Positions 1 through 10,314 are shown, counted from the stretch's first letter. The stretch: DNA of 32,000 nucleotides from Acaryochloris thomasi RCC1774 (GCF_003231495.1 NZ_PQWO01000011.1:120001-152000), one strand, 5' to 3'. The notes: generated by a model not told the origin, from the letters alone. Program-made: numbers and translations.

Positions 1-148
1 AAGAAGAAAAGCTCCTTTAGCTCCTTTTTTCTGTGGCTCTTTACGGTGTCCTCACAGCCTTGAAGGTATCGCTTCTGAATAGCCACAATCCTCTCTCCTT
101 AAACCTTCCATTTTTCTATCGCATATTTTGTTTAGGTAATATCCTTAT

Positions 149-1909
149 ATGACAGATCAAAAAAATCAAAATAGCCTCAAAGTTATTCCTCTCGGAGGAC
201 TCCACGAAATTGGCAAAAATACCTGCGTCTTTGAATATGAAGACGAGATTATCCTTCTTGATGCTGGCTTAGCCTTTCCCACAGATGGCATGCACGGCGT
301 CAATATTGTGCTCCCAGATATGACCTATCTCCGGGAGAACAAGCACAAAATAAAAGGCATGATCGTCACCCACGGCCATGAAGATCACATTGGCGGGATC
401 GCCTTTCACCTCAAGCAGTTTGATATTCCGGTGATCTATGGTCCGCGACTGGCAATGGCGCTGCTCAAAGGGAAGCTAGAAGAAGCCGGCGTCGCTGGCA
501 AAACAAAGCTCAACTCTGTACTCCCGCGCGATGTCGTGCGCCTGGGTTCTAACTTCTTAGTTGAATATATTCGCAATACTCACTCCATTGCCGATAGCTG
601 CACCGTCGCTATCCACACCCCGGTCGGCGTCGTGATTCACACCGGAGATTTCAAGGTTGATCATACGCCCGTAGACGGTGAGTTCTTTGATTTTCAAAAG
701 CTGGCTGAGTATGGCGAGAAAGGCGTTCTTTGTTTAATCGCTGACTCAACTAACTCTGAAGTGCCTGGTTCAACTCCATCAGAGCGTTCTGTCTATCCGA
801 ATCTAGAGCGAGTCTTTCAGCAAGCATCAGGACGACTGCTGGTCACCACCTTTGCTTCATCGGTGCATCGCGTCAACATGATTTTAGATATTGCTAAAAA
901 GCAGCATCGAACGGTATCCATCGTGGGCCGCTCAATGCTCAACGTGATTGCCCACGCTCGTAACCTCGGCTACATCAAGTGTCCAGACAGCTTATTTGAG
1001 CCGCTACACGTGACGCGAGACATGCCCGATCATAAAGTCTTGATCCTAACAACCGGATCTCAAGGGGAAGAGATGGCCGCGCTGTCGAGAATCGCCCGCA
1101 AAGAGCATCGGCAAATTCGTATTCGCAAGGGAGATACTGTTGTCTTCTCAGCCAACCCCATCCCTGGGAACACCATCGGAGTCGTTAATCTAATCGATCA
1201 GCTGATGATGCAGGGGGCCAATGTTATCTATGGTCGTCACCAAGGCATTCACGTTTCAGGACATGGTGCTCAAGAAGATCAAAAGCTCATGATTGCCCTG
1301 ACGCGTCCCAAGTTCTTCTTGCCCGTTCATGGTGAACATCGAATGTTGGTAAAGCATTCCCAGACCGCCCAGAGCATGGAAATTCCTGCAGATAATATGG
1401 TTATTATCGACAATGGTGACATTGTTGAGCTGACGGAAGAGTCGATTGGCATTGCTGGGAAAGTTCCTTCTGGTATTGAGCTAATGGACCGTGCCGGGTT
1501 GGTGAAAGCCCACGTTCTTGAAGAGCGACAGCGGCTCGCAGAAGACGGTATGGTCACTGTTGCTGCCAGCATTGGCCTCAACGGACAGCTGTTGACCCAG
1601 CCGGACGTTCATTTACGGGGCGTCGTCACGAATGTTGGCACGGACAAGTGGCAAATGTGGGTGAAAGAGACGATTGAATTGGCTCTGCGGAATCGATGGC
1701 AGCAGGTTTCAGATACTGACGTTGTTGATGCTGCTTCTGTCGATTGGGTCAACCTCAAAAGCTATATCGAGCGGGAACTCAAGGGACTACTGCGCCGCGA
1801 GGTCCAAACGAGAGCAACGCTACTCTTTTTGCTACAGCACCCTCAGGATTCAGCCAAGCCCGTCGCTTCAACTCGACAACGTAAGATACCTGCGCCGGTT
1901 GCTTCTTAA
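149..1909 (+). CDS. rnj: Ribonuclease J (metallo-beta-lactamase / beta-CASP RNase)
   Basis: 586-aa ORF with ATG at 149. It has the metallo-beta-lactamase motif THGHEDHIGG. The N-terminus (LKVIPLGGLHEIGKNTCVFEY) and the length are typical of bacterial RNase J. A hairpin plus T-run follows 12 nt after the stop. Confidence 0.93.
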   Translation: MTDQKNQNSLKVIPLGGLHEIGKNTCVFEYEDEIILLDAGLAFPTDGMHGVNIVLPDMTYLRENKHKIKGMIVTHGHEDHIGGIAFHLKQFDIPVIYGPRLAMALLKGKLEEAGVAGKTKLNSVLPRDVVRLGSNFLVEYIRNTHSIADSCTVAIHTPVGVVIHTGDFKVDHTPVDGEFFDFQKLAEYGEKGVLCLIADSTNSEVPGSTPSERSVYPNLERVFQQASGRLLVTTFASSVHRVNMILDIAKKQHRTVSIVGRSMLNVIAHARNLGYIKCPDSLFEPLHVTRDMPDHKVLILTTGSQGEEMAALSRIARKEHRQIRIRKGDTVVFSANPIPGNTIGVVNLIDQLMMQGANVIYGRHQGIHVSGHGAQEDQKLMIALTRPKFFLPVHGEHRMLVKHSQTAQSMEIPADNMVIIDNGDIVELTEESIGIAGKVPSGIELMDRAGLVKAHVLEERQRLAEDGMVTVAASIGLNGQLLTQPDVHLRGVVTNVGTDKWQMWVKETIELALRNRWQQVSDTDVVDAASVDWVNLKSYIERELKGLLRREVQTRATLLFLLQHPQDSAKPVASTRQRKIPAPVAS

Positions 1910-1920
1910 CTTGATGACTA

Positions 1921-1960
1921 CCTTCTGAGCGACCCTCGTGATCGCTCAGAAGGCATTTTT
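1921..1960 (+). terminator. Rho-independent terminator of rnj
   Basis: Perfect 12-bp inverted repeat CCTTCTGAGCGA (1921-1932) / TCGCTCAGAAGG (1942-1953) with a 9-nt loop, followed by CATTTTT (1954-1960). It starts 12 nt after the rnj stop codon. Confidence 0.65.
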
Positions 1961-2055
1961 CATCGGAGGGGCGAGGGGGCAAGAAGATCGTCCTTTCTCT
2001 TAGATTCTTGAGCTGGGAAAAATTGCGATCGCAGCTTCTGTTCTAAAAGCATTGC

Positions 2056-2096
2056 AAAAAAAAGGAGCTTCGTGCCGCTAGAACGAAGCTCCTTTT
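2056..2096 (-). terminator. Bidirectional-type hairpin terminator, strongest on the minus strand (serves the 2169-2741 gene)
   Basis: Perfect 13-bp inverted repeat AAAGGAGCTTCGT (2061-2073) / ACGAAGCTCCTTT (2083-2095) with a 9-nt loop. An A8 run (2056-2063) flanks it on one side, which reads as T8 after the hairpin on the minus strand. T4 flanks the other side. It lies 73 nt downstream of the minus-strand gene end at 2169. Confidence 0.65.
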
Positions 2097-2168
2097 CGAA
2101 TATTTAAGCTATTTTATCGGCCACCGTAGCTACCTTGACTAGAAATTGTAGCAGTGCTGACCTCAGCG

Positions 2169-2741
2169 CTAGTTGCGGAAAATACTAACAACCCATGTCC
2201 CAATATATTTGCTCAAGGGGACATCTCCGGGGGAGGTGATTCGAGCATTGATAAAGTAGGTTCCGCCAGACCTCGGATTTTTCATGTTAGAGATCACAAC
2301 TTCAGAGCGGGTTCCAGCCGGTACAGGAGACTCCGGTACAAGCTCTAGAACACGATTATCCTCATCATATTCAACCGTGGCTAGGGGGATATCTTTACCC
2401 TTCTTGAAGTTGAAGATGTTGCTGCCCTTAGCACTTTCACGCAGGGTGACGTTCTTGGCACTGAACCGCCCATCAAAGTAGTCAGGGAATGCAACTGTGA
2501 TGCTGTCCATTGCGACACTTTGACGACCGAGCTTATAACGATGTCGATCATTGCGATGTCCGGGTGTACCGTACTGTAAAACATAGTTGAGCTGCTGCTT
2601 TCTTCCAGGGCCATCACCTCCCCAAATGAAGCTGAAGCCAGGATTTGTCTGAGCAATCGTCACAGCAGGCACGCCTGTAATCAAGGTACCGGCAATGGCA
2701 ACAGGAAGAAAACGGCGGATAGATGCTTTTCTGGCAGACAT
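2169..2741 (-). CDS. Secreted hypothetical protein, DUF2808-like (cyanobacterial family)
   Basis: 190-aa ORF with ATG at 2741. The N-terminus is signal-peptide-like (RRFLPVAIAGTLITGVPAVTIAQ). The pattern FIWGGDG...YKLGRQ...ITVAFPDYF...KNVTL matches my recollection of cyanobacterial DUF2808 proteins. This was not verified by search. Confidence 0.6.
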   Translation of the reverse strand: MSARKASIRRFLPVAIAGTLITGVPAVTIAQTNPGFSFIWGGDGPGRKQQLNYVLQYGTPGHRNDRHRYKLGRQSVAMDSITVAFPDYFDGRFSAKNVTLRESAKGSNIFNFKKGKDIPLATVEYDEDNRVLELVPESPVPAGTRSEVVISNMKNPRSGGTYFINARITSPGDVPLSKYIGTWVVSIFRN

Positions 2742-2973
2742 AAGCTTTTCTGGTTTTGTAAAGAAAGTGACAGTATTCTTTTGCTAGTAATCGTAGCAGG
2801 CTGGCAATAGCTTGACCAAGCCTAATGTGACAATTTGTGGAACGGTCTGGGCAAAGCCCTGCTTCGTATGGTAGACGCAGGTTCTTGTCAAAAGTGCCCC
2901 GCTCAACTCTTGAAGATCAAGGCTGCAGGATGAGTCTTCTCTTTTTGAATGTTGAGGCTTGCACCTCTACCCA

Positions 2974-4428
2974 TTAAGTACAAATTTTGGGTGATTGATT
3001 ATGCCAATCTGTCGCTTGCTCATAGGCGTAGGCCGTTTGCAAGACCTGATCTTCTCGCAGAATGTTGCCGATGATTTGGAGGCCGATGGGTAGCCCTTGA
3101 GCATCGAAGCCACAGGGCAAGCTCAGGCCCGGTAAGCCCGCGAGGTTGACCGGAATGGTCATCAAGTCAGAAAGATACATGCTGATCGGATCCGCTGTCT
3201 TTTCTCCCGCCTTGAAGGAGGTGGTTGGAGAGGTTGGAGAAACCAAGACATCAACGCTTTCAAACGCGGCTTCAAAGTCCTGCTTGATTAACGTTCTAAC
3301 CTTCTGGGCTTTGAGATAGTAGGCATCGTAGTAGCCGGAGGATAAGGCGTAGGTACCAATCATGATTCGCCGCTTAACCTCTGTGCCAAAGCCCTGAGCG
3401 CGGGTCTGAGTATACATTGACATTAAAGACTCAGCATCTTCAGCTCGATAGCCATATTTAACGCCGTCGTAGCGGGCCAAATTAGCGGAAGCCTCGGAAG
3501 GAGCAATCACGTAGTAAGTGGGTAGTCCGTAGCGAAATCGGGGGCAAGAAATTTCTTGAATTTCTGCCCCTAGTTCTTTGAGCTGTTCGATCGCTTTTTC
3601 AACGGCCTCGGCCACAACTTTATCGAGTCCTTCACCAAAGGTCTCTTTAATCACGCCAACTCGCTTACCCTTGAGATCTGGAACCAACGCCTGTGTGTAG
3701 TCAGGAATTTCAACATCAAGGCTGGTGGAGTCCTGCGGATCATATCCGGCAATGGCCTGCAGCAGGAGTGCGGCATCTTCTACGGTGCGACCGAAGGGGC
3801 CAATTTGATCCAGTGACGAAGCATAGGCAACGAGTCCATATCTTGATACCAGCCCATAGGTTGGTTTGAGGCCTACAACGCCACAGAATGAGGCGGGTTG
3901 ACGAATCGAACCACCGGTATCGGAGCCTAAGGCCACAACACATTCGTCTGCGGCAACAGCCGCCGCAGAGCCGCCAGAAGACCCACCTGGAACGCGGGCT
4001 GTATCCCAAGGATTGGCGGTCACTTGATAGGCTGAATTCTCTGTAGAACTGCCCATTGCGAATTCGTCGAGGTTGGTTTTACCCACCATGACGGCACCGG
4101 CTGCTGCAAGTTTGGTGGTGACAGTGGATTCGTAAGGTGGCAGAAAGTTATTTAGGATCTGCGAACCGCAGGTGGTGCGAATGCCCTTGGTACAGAGGTT
4201 GTCTTTAATGCCAATGGGAATGCCTGCTAGAAGACCAATCTCTTCTCCGGCCGCTAATTGGGCATCGACCTGCTTCGCTTGAGCCATCGCCTGTTCGGTC
4301 GTAACGGTCAGAAAGCTTTTTAGCTGAGGCTCAAGTTGATTGATGGTTTCCAGAGCTGCTGTGGTGATCTCTGTCGCTGATCGTGCTTTGCTCACGAGTT
4401 GCTGATGCAGCTCACGGATGGATGCCAT
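2974..4428 (-). CDS. gatA: Glu-tRNA(Gln)/Asp-tRNA(Asn) amidotransferase subunit A
   Basis: 484-aa ORF. It has the amidase signature [12 protein letters not shown] and the [12 protein letters not shown] motif. The N-terminus [14 protein letters not shown]...A is typical of GatA, and the length is typical. Confidence 0.95.
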   Translation of the reverse strand: MASIRELHQQLVSKARSATEITTAALETINQLEPQLKSFLTVTTEQAMAQAKQVDAQLAAGEEIGLLAGIPIGIKDNLCTKGIRTTCGSQILNNFLPPYESTVTTKLAAAGAVMVGKTNLDEFAMGSSTENSAYQVTANPWDTARVPGGSSGGSAAAVAADECVVALGSDTGGSIRQPASFCGVVGLKPTYGLVSRYGLVAYASSLDQIGPFGRTVEDAALLLQAIAGYDPQDSTSLDVEIPDYTQALVPDLKGKRVGVIKETFGEGLDKVVAEAVEKAIEQLKELGAEIQEISCPRFRYGLPTYYVIAPSEASANLARYDGVKYGYRAEDAESLMSMYTQTRAQGFGTEVKRRIMIGTYALSSGYYDAYYLKAQKVRTLIKQDFEAAFESVDVLVSPTSPTTSFKAGEKTADPISMYLSDLMTIPVNLAGLPGLSLPCGFDAQGLPIGLQIIGNILREDQVLQTAYAYEQATDWHNQSPKICT

Positions 4429-4556
4429 TTAGCCATTCCTTTGTCGAAGTTCCACCCAATAGTATAAGGTTTTCGCTCTGCAACAGTAGACGTTCAATGA
4501 CGGAGCCGCTAGGGTAATTCAAGGGTGTGCTGTTGAACAAATGTCGAGGTTGCGTG

Positions 4557-4958
4557 ATGTCTGACTCTGATTTAGATCTGTCTCAGTTCCTGGCTCCTGA
4601 GATTTGCCGCCAGTTACTGGCCTATCAGCAACAGCAGGGACATTCTTCTGTGACAGAAGCGCTAAATCATCTGCTTGAGAGGCATTTTGCCCAGGGGGTT
4701 GATTCTACTGCCCAGCAGCAAATAGAGGGGTTAGAGGGGCGAGTTTATACGCTGACCCGTGAGGTGATGCTGCTGCGGCAGTCAGTGCCGGATCAGTGCG
4801 ATCGCCTGCGCGAACAGCTAGCGGCAGTCCGTCTGAGTCATTCTGGGCTTTTGCAGAATCTGCGGCAGCGCCTTGAGGCTGTGGAGCAGGTGACCGAGGC
4901 TGGGAATCTAGATATCCAGAAAGATGTAGAGTCAAGATCCGACCTAGATCTGAGTTAG
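4557..4958 (+). CDS. Hypothetical small protein (possible ribbon-helix-helix-like N-terminus plus coiled coil)
   Basis: The ORF-track start at 4527 is GTG. The first ATG is at 4557 (MSDSDLDLSQF...), giving 133 aa. Residues LAPEICRQLLAYQQQQGHSSVTEALNHLLERHF resemble an RHH/CopG-like strand-helix-helix. The C-terminal half is heptad-like and rich in Q, L and R. I recognise no family. Confidence 0.45.
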   Translation: MSDSDLDLSQFLAPEICRQLLAYQQQQGHSSVTEALNHLLERHFAQGVDSTAQQQIEGLEGRVYTLTREVMLLRQSVPDQCDRLREQLAAVRLSHSGLLQNLRQRLEAVEQVTEAGNLDIQKDVESRSDLDLS

Positions 4959-5224
4959 CGTTATATGGGCTTACCGTCGGATGGCCTGAAGCGGTGTATT
5001 CAGCGTCGGGAGCCTTGTTCCGCGAGGTCAAGGTCATCTAAATAAGGATATTCGTGATGCAGCCCATGAATGTGGGACTTAATCCTCCGGTGGACTTGGA
5101 TTGTCGACTTGGGATATTTTTGTTCTTCTATTGGTGTTGGCAGGCCATTTTTCTCTGTGTTCTAGTGGACGGGTAGGGTATGCTAGTCCAAACTCTTTAG
5201 TTCCGCACATTGGTTGGCTTTGAC

Positions 5225-6397
5225 ATGCAACTGGCAGACCGCGTGAGTCAAGTCTCGGCTTCATTGACTTTGGCAATTTCAGCTAAGGCGAAAGCGATGA
5301 AGGCTGAGGGCATAGATGTACTGGGTTTCAGTGCGGGTGAACCTGATTTTGATACGCCTAGGCACATTAGAGAAGCGGCGAAGCTGGCGCTTGATCAGGG
5401 TAAAACAAGATACGGGCCAGCGGCGGGTGAACCGGCTCTGAGAGATGCGATCGCATCCAAGCTCAACCGCGATAATCAGCTCAGCTATACACCGGACCAG
5501 ATTATCGTCACCAATGGCGGCAAGCAGTCTTTGTATAACCTCATGCAGGTTCTCATCAATCCTGGTGATGAGGTGATCATTCCAGCTCCCTACTGGCTCA
5601 GCTATCCCGAGATGGTAAAGCTGGCGGGCGGGGTACCCGTGATTCTAAAGACAGATATTCAGAGCCAATTCAAAATTACTCCTGACCAGCTGCGCGCTGC
5701 CGTCACGCCTAAAACTCGCTTGTTCATCTTTAATTCGCCTTCCAATCCAACCGGAATGGTGTACACGCCTGATGAAGTTCGAGCATTAGCGGCGGTGATT
5801 GTAGACGAAGACCTGCTGGTCGTCACTGACGAGATCTACGAAAAGATTCTCTACGATGGCGCGGAACACCTCAGCATTGGCTCTATCGGCCCTGAAATTT
5901 TTGAGCGCACCATTGTCAGCCACGGATTCGCTAAAACTTACGCCATGACGGGTTGGCGAATTGGGTATTTGGCCGGTCCTTTAGATCTGATTAAGGGCGT
6001 GACTAAGCTGCAAAGTCACAGCACCTCTAACGTCTGTACCTTTGCTCAATATGGTGCGATCTCAGCCCTGGAGGGCTCGCAAGACTGTGTCGCTGAGATG
6101 CTGCAGGCTTTTACCCAGCGGCGTCAGGTCATGCTAGAGCTACTCAATGCGATTCCTGGTGTGTTCTGCCCTGCCCCTCAAGGCGCTTTCTATCTCTTTC
6201 CTGACATTAGTGCGTTCGGTTTAGGGTCTGTGGAATTTTGCGAGACTCTCCTAGAGTCCTATCAGGTCGCTGCCGTGCCCGGTCTAGCGTTTGATGCAGA
6301 TCAGTGTATCCGGCTCTCCTACGCCACCGATTTAGCCAGCATCCAAAAGGGAGTGGAGCGTCTCTCAGCCTTCACTGCAGCGGTTGGCAAAAGGTGA
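5225..6397 (+). CDS. Pyridoxal-phosphate-dependent aminotransferase, class I (aspartate aminotransferase-like)
   Basis: The ORF-track start at 5210 is TTG. The ATG at 5225 gives [32 protein letters not shown], a typical AspAT N-terminus. It has the PLP-lysine region [14 protein letters not shown] and the SPSNPTG motif. Confidence 0.9.
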   Translation: MQLADRVSQVSASLTLAISAKAKAMKAEGIDVLGFSAGEPDFDTPRHIREAAKLALDQGKTRYGPAAGEPALRDAIASKLNRDNQLSYTPDQIIVTNGGKQSLYNLMQVLINPGDEVIIPAPYWLSYPEMVKLAGGVPVILKTDIQSQFKITPDQLRAAVTPKTRLFIFNSPSNPTGMVYTPDEVRALAAVIVDEDLLVVTDEIYEKILYDGAEHLSIGSIGPEIFERTIVSHGFAKTYAMTGWRIGYLAGPLDLIKGVTKLQSHSTSNVCTFAQYGAISALEGSQDCVAEMLQAFTQRRQVMLELLNAIPGVFCPAPQGAFYLFPDISAFGLGSVEFCETLLESYQVAAVPGLAFDADQCIRLSYATDLASIQKGVERLSAFTAAVGKR

Positions 6398-6414
6398 GGG
6401 AGCGCCCTCTTTGA

Positions 6415-7893
6415 TTACTCAGTGAGCGTGTAATCTAATGGACTCGTCCACGCTTCGGCTCTCGCTTGAAGCTGGGGCTGCAGTAATCTATCCTCAAAAG
6501 CGTTTTTCTCAACGCTCTCGACTGTTTCCGATTGCGGGCCTGGCTGCTGGGCGACTTGAATCGCTTCTACTAAAACGCTGAGGGCGACCTCGACCTGTAT
6601 ATCTGTATCAATCAGAGCATAACCCTGGGGGGTTCTCTGCATGGCCTCAAAGTGCAGATGTGGTCCTGTGGAATGTCCAGTGCTGCCCACGAGACCAATG
6701 ACAGTTCCCTGATCTACAACTTGACCGGGCTGGACAAAAATCTCAGATAGGTGAGCGTAGCGCGTGGCGTGCTCGCCTTTATTGTGGTGAAGGAGAACGG
6801 AGAGACCGTAGCCGCCGAGGTAATTTGCGATCGCAACATTCCCATCATAGGCCGCGACCACCGGCGTCCCCATCGGTGCTGCGATATCAGTTCCCGAGTG
6901 GAATCTTTGCTGACCACTGAGGGGATGCACCCGCCAGCCAAACGCCGACGAAATCCGAGCTGGAATTGAAAGTGGAAAGATCATCTGCTTGCCATCCGAC
7001 AGCAGCCACTTTAGTGGGTTGGCACCCTTGTAAGCCTTAGCCTTATAAGACTTACCTTGTTGATAAGGCTTAGCCGCAAATGTCGGCGCACTGGCAGGCG
7101 TTAATCCTCTTTGTACATTGGCAGCTGCAGAACGGCTCTGGAAACGGTTGGCAATATAGGGCTGTCGCAGTTTAATAGGCGCAGCCTGCTGCTGGGCAAC
7201 TGCGCGGGCGGGCTGTACCCGAACCACACGAGCGGGCGGTGTGCCACCACCACAAATACTGGATGAAACAGAGCGACCGACAACAGCCTGACAGCCACTG
7301 GAGCGTTCTGACACCACAACCCGGTTGGGTTTGACGTAGGGCTTGGCTTGGGTCGCGCCTAAATCATAGTTGCGAGAGGTATCAATCAGTGGATTGCCCC
7401 TCTTTGCCTGCGGAGCCGACGGGATGGCGTTTGGCTTAGCGATGGGCTGCGACGTTGGCACCGGGCTTTTGATAATCACGGAAGGTTTCGTCTGAGGTTG
7501 AGTGCTTGCCCCAGAAGAGGCGGGCGGCGCTAACTGTTGCCCCACCGGAGCCGATTGAATAATGGGGGCTGGCTTGACCACTGGCTTTGGTGCAGGGGCC
7601 GAGCGAACGACGGGTTTGGGGGCGGGTGCAGAACGAACGACGGGCTTAGGGGCAGGTGCAGAACGAATCACCGGCTTGGGAGCAGGCGCTGAGCGAATCA
7701 CGGGTTTGGGGGCTGCGGGTCGGGCCGCGGGAGGTGAATCCACCGGAATGATCAGATCTGCCGCCTGAGCCTCCAGCGCAGAGAGGGACAGATGACTCAG
7801 GCCCGACATCAGACTAATCCATGTCCACAACAGTAAGAGGGGAGTGGAGCGTACTCTATTGGAGGGTTTGTCAGTGGGGGGCTGCTGAGGCAT
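6415..7893 (-). CDS. M23 family metallopeptidase with N-terminal signal/anchor and proline-rich repeat linker
   Basis: 492-aa ORF. M23 motifs HSGTDIAAPMGTPV (HxxxD) and GHSTGPHLHFE (HxH) sit in the C-terminal third. The N-terminus has a hydrophobic segment (LLLLWTWISLMSGL). Next comes about 4.5 copies of a 10-residue unit RSAPAPKPV(I/V). Confidence 0.88.
   Translation of the reverse strand: MPQQPPTDKPSNRVRSTPLLLLWTWISLMSGLSHLSLSALEAQAADLIIPVDSPPAARPAAPKPVIRSAPAPKPVIRSAPAPKPVVRSAPAPKPVVRSAPAPKPVVKPAPIIQSAPVGQQLAPPASSGASTQPQTKPSVIIKSPVPTSQPIAKPNAIPSAPQAKRGNPLIDTSRNYDLGATQAKPYVKPNRVVVSERSSGCQAVVGRSVSSSICGGGTPPARVVRVQPARAVAQQQAAPIKLRQPYIANRFQSRSAAANVQRGLTPASAPTFAAKPYQQGKSYKAKAYKGANPLKWLLSDGKQMIFPLSIPARISSAFGWRVHPLSGQQRFHSGTDIAAPMGTPVVAAYDGNVAIANYLGGYGLSVLLHHNKGEHATRYAHLSEIFVQPGQVVDQGTVIGLVGSTGHSTGPHLHFEAMQRTPQGYALIDTDIQVEVALSVLVEAIQVAQQPGPQSETVESVEKNAFEDRLLQPQLQARAEAWTSPLDYTLTE
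7583..7716 (-). repeat. 30-bp tandem repeat (about 4.5 copies) encoding the RSAPAPKPV(I/V) repeat of the M23 peptidase
   Basis: Units are at 7583-7612, 7613-7642, 7643-7672 and 7673-7702, with a partial unit from 7703. Plus-strand consensus is GGYTTRGGRGCRGGYGCWGARCGAAYSACS. Differences between units are mostly synonymous or conservative. Confidence 0.9.
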
Positions 7894-8145
7894 CTAAATA
7901 TCTTCCTTCGATGGGCTGCTAAGGCCAGGTTGCACAGGCATTGATTCTGAGACGTGACGGTCGCTTGTCATTCCAGAAAATTAATAATGCTCAATAGAGC
8001 TAATACCGCTACTACAGTTTGATTATTGATTACCTTAACAATTTTCGAAGCAACCTAAACTACATGCAAAGCAAATCGCGGGTTATCAGTGGTCCGAGAA
8101 CCAATGACAGAGCGTTGCATAATTGGTGTTAAGGCAGAGCCTTGC

Positions 8146-8604
8146 CTAGATTTCTCCCAGTTGGCGGCGTGCCTCAAATAGCCCTAGCGCCACACTGACA
8201 GAAAGGTTGAAGCTTCGTACTTTAGGCTGCTTGATCGGAATTTGCAAGATATCGCTGCAGGCTTCCATAATTTCTGGCGGTAACCCTGCCGTCTCACAGC
8301 CAAACAGCAGCCAGTCATCGGCCTCGTATGCATGTTGTATATAATTTGTTTTTCCTGACTTGCTGAAGCCCACCCAGCGGCCTCCTTGGGCTTGGCTAAA
8401 CTCAACAAAAGCTTCCCAAGAGCTGTGGCAGGTTAGTTTGACGTAGGGCCAATAGTCTAGCCCTGCCCGTTTTAGATAGCGATCGCTAATTTCAAACCCC
8501 AGGGGTTCAATCAAGTGTAGCTCGGTCTCGGTGGCGGCACAGGTGCGGGCTATAGCCCCAGTGTTGGGGGGGATTTGCGGATGAACTAAGACAACTCGAA
8601 CCAT
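8146..8604 (-). CDS. trmL: tRNA (cytidine/uridine(34)-2'-O)-methyltransferase, SpoU/TrmL family
   Basis: 152-aa ORF. The N-terminus VVLVHPQIPPNTGAIARTCAA, then IEPLGF...DRYLKRAGLDYW and a C-terminal SLNLS-type motif (SFNLSVSVAL) are typical of TrmL (YibK). The start lies 6 nt after the gshA stop, so the two are probably co-transcribed. Confidence 0.85.
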   Translation of the reverse strand: MVRVVLVHPQIPPNTGAIARTCAATETELHLIEPLGFEISDRYLKRAGLDYWPYVKLTCHSSWEAFVEFSQAQGGRWVGFSKSGKTNYIQHAYEADDWLLFGCETAGLPPEIMEACSDILQIPIKQPKVRSFNLSVSVALGLFEARRQLGEI

Positions 8605-8610
8605 TCAGAG

Positions 8611-9756
8611 CTAAACCGTTACGGGTTCACAGAGACTGTCTTTGAGGTCGTTCTCTTCTTCGAGCATGGATGCGATCGCATGTTTCACAATTGCGTCGGG
8701 GCTCACGCCCTGGTTATACAAACCCAACCACTTCTGAGCCTCATTCCCCTCTGCCAAAATTTTCTTCACCGGAGATAAGAAGCAGCTGAAGCCCTCTTGC
8801 TTCGCCATTGGCCACACCTGCTCATAAATCTCAGCAATCCAGTCTCGGGCTGAAATCGTGCGGCCATCCTGCCAGTGGGTCAACTCAGCATCCAAACTCA
8901 AGTGTGCGGCTTTCGCTTCGTTGGCATCTGCGATTTCGGCCAACGTCTCTGGTTCCTTTCGCCATTTACTCGACACCAATGGATCTAACTCTGGATTCGC
9001 AATGAGCTGCAGCAGCCGAGCCTCCAACAAGGCCGTCACCGCCAGCAAGCTAATAGGACTTGAGGGGAGATCACAAATCCTCAGCTCAAGGCGATTGAGA
9101 TCGTAGGGACGACGATTACCATTGGGGCGCACCGCACTCCACAGATGGCGGACGTTCTGCATCGTACCCGCCTTGAGCTGGGCTCGGGTCCAGTCAATAA
9201 AGTGGCAGTGATGCTTGAAAATCGGCACCTGAGCCGGTGTTTTGGGGAATGTCGCCCATCGGGAAGAATGATTACCCGTTGCCTGACCATCAATGAAAGG
9301 CGAAGACGCCGTGAGCGCCAGCCAGAGCGGTGCTTCTAGGCGAATAAGACGACAGGCCTTAATCAAAAGCTCCGGGTCAGAGATGCCGAGATTAATATGG
9401 ACGCTGGCGGTTACAACTGAGGTGCCGTAGGTCTCTTCAATGTAGGCGTGGTAAGGATTGCTAGGGTCAGAGCGATAGAAGCGGTCGCTGCCTCCCAAGG
9501 CCAGCGTACTGCCAGGAATGATGGTGTAGTCCCCTAGTTGGCTGAGATACTGACGCAACCGCGCCCGTGGCCGCAGCAGGTCGCACATGATCGGCTCATA
9601 GCAATAGGCCGGGGAAGTCGTATACTCAACGTTCCGGCTATCGGGTTCGCGCACAAAGCCCTCTAGCTCAGCAGCGATTCGGCCTGAGAACCCAACCACT
9701 TCACCCTTGGGTGTACCTGTGTAGACTTCGACTTCAAAACCTTTGGAGAGGACCAC
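8611..9756 (-). CDS. gshA: Glutamate--cysteine ligase, cyanobacterial/plant-related type (GCS2 family)
   Basis: 381-aa ORF with a GTG start at 9756. The N-terminus LSKGFEVEVYTGT and internal TASVHINLG and WLALTASSPF resemble cyanobacterial GshA as I recall it. The length is typical. Confidence 0.8.
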   Translation of the reverse strand: MVLSKGFEVEVYTGTPKGEVVGFSGRIAAELEGFVREPDSRNVEYTTSPAYCYEPIMCDLLRPRARLRQYLSQLGDYTIIPGSTLALGGSDRFYRSDPSNPYHAYIEETYGTSVVTASVHINLGISDPELLIKACRLIRLEAPLWLALTASSPFIDGQATGNHSSRWATFPKTPAQVPIFKHHCHFIDWTRAQLKAGTMQNVRHLWSAVRPNGNRRPYDLNRLELRICDLPSSPISLLAVTALLEARLLQLIANPELDPLVSSKWRKEPETLAEIADANEAKAAHLSLDAELTHWQDGRTISARDWIAEIYEQVWPMAKQEGFSCFLSPVKKILAEGNEAQKWLGLYNQGVSPDAIVKHAIASMLEEENDLKDSLCEPVTV

Positions 9757-9931
9757 TGCGGTACCTTACTAATCGCAACAATAAGACTAGACCCATAATT
9801 TAGCGCATCCAGTCCGATCAACCCTTATCGTCTCATAGGTTTGCCGAGTCTTTCCACCTGAAGACGCTTGTCTGCCTCATGCTGTATGAAGATTCTTCTA
9901 GCTCAATACCTTGGGCCTGTTCACTTGGGAT

Positions 9932-9971
9932 ATGATTTTACCTACCGATGTCGTTAAAATCATCGTTTTTT
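9932..9971 (+). terminator. Orphan terminator-like hairpin in an AT-rich spacer (possible 3' end of an unannotated small RNA)
   Basis: 9-bp inverted repeat ATGATTTTA (9932-9940) / TAAAATCAT (9955-9963) with a 14-nt loop, followed by CG and T6 (9966-9971). It is plus-oriented, but no plus-strand ORF lies upstream. The stem is all A/T, so stability is modest. Confidence 0.3.
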
Positions 9972-10314
9972 GGGGTCAGGCGTTAAAGATTTTATGTGAT
10001 AAATATTCGGGTAGTCACGGGGTAAATTGCTGCTGCGAGAATGATAGAGACACTGCTCGTTTTTCTCATATCTAATGATTGACTAAATTTGATTGAATTT
10101 GGCCCTTCCAGCGTATTGTTGGCGCGGAGAAAGTTTCTGTGCCAGAATCTTTGGTTGTGAGTTCTGTCTGATGACGTTTCTAATGGTGTCTTTTGCTTAC
10201 TTGCCAGTGCTTTTAGCCATGGAACAGTTTTTTTCAGTTGGCTAAAGCGCAATCGCTAGCCTCCAATGCGTAAACCTATTACTTATTCAAAACACAACGT
10301 TAAATATAAAGATA

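Noticed and set aside
1-60. Direct repeat of GCTCCTTT followed by a T-run at the window start, resembling the right arm of the 2083-2095 terminator
   Set aside because: The potential left arm would lie outside the window, so a hairpin cannot be demonstrated.
7562-7768. 68-aa plus-strand ORF encoding a Gly-rich repeat (GLGAGAERTT...)
   Set aside because: It is the antisense reading of the 30-bp Pro-rich repeat inside the M23 peptidase gene. Its openness follows from the repeat composition, and it has no independent start context.
9992-10252. 86-aa minus-strand ORF in the AT-rich spacer upstream of the SGNH hydrolase gene
   Set aside because: It has no recognisable motif or ribosome-binding context, and its composition is odd. 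An open frame of this size is expected by chance in AT-rich DNA, which has few stops on some frames.
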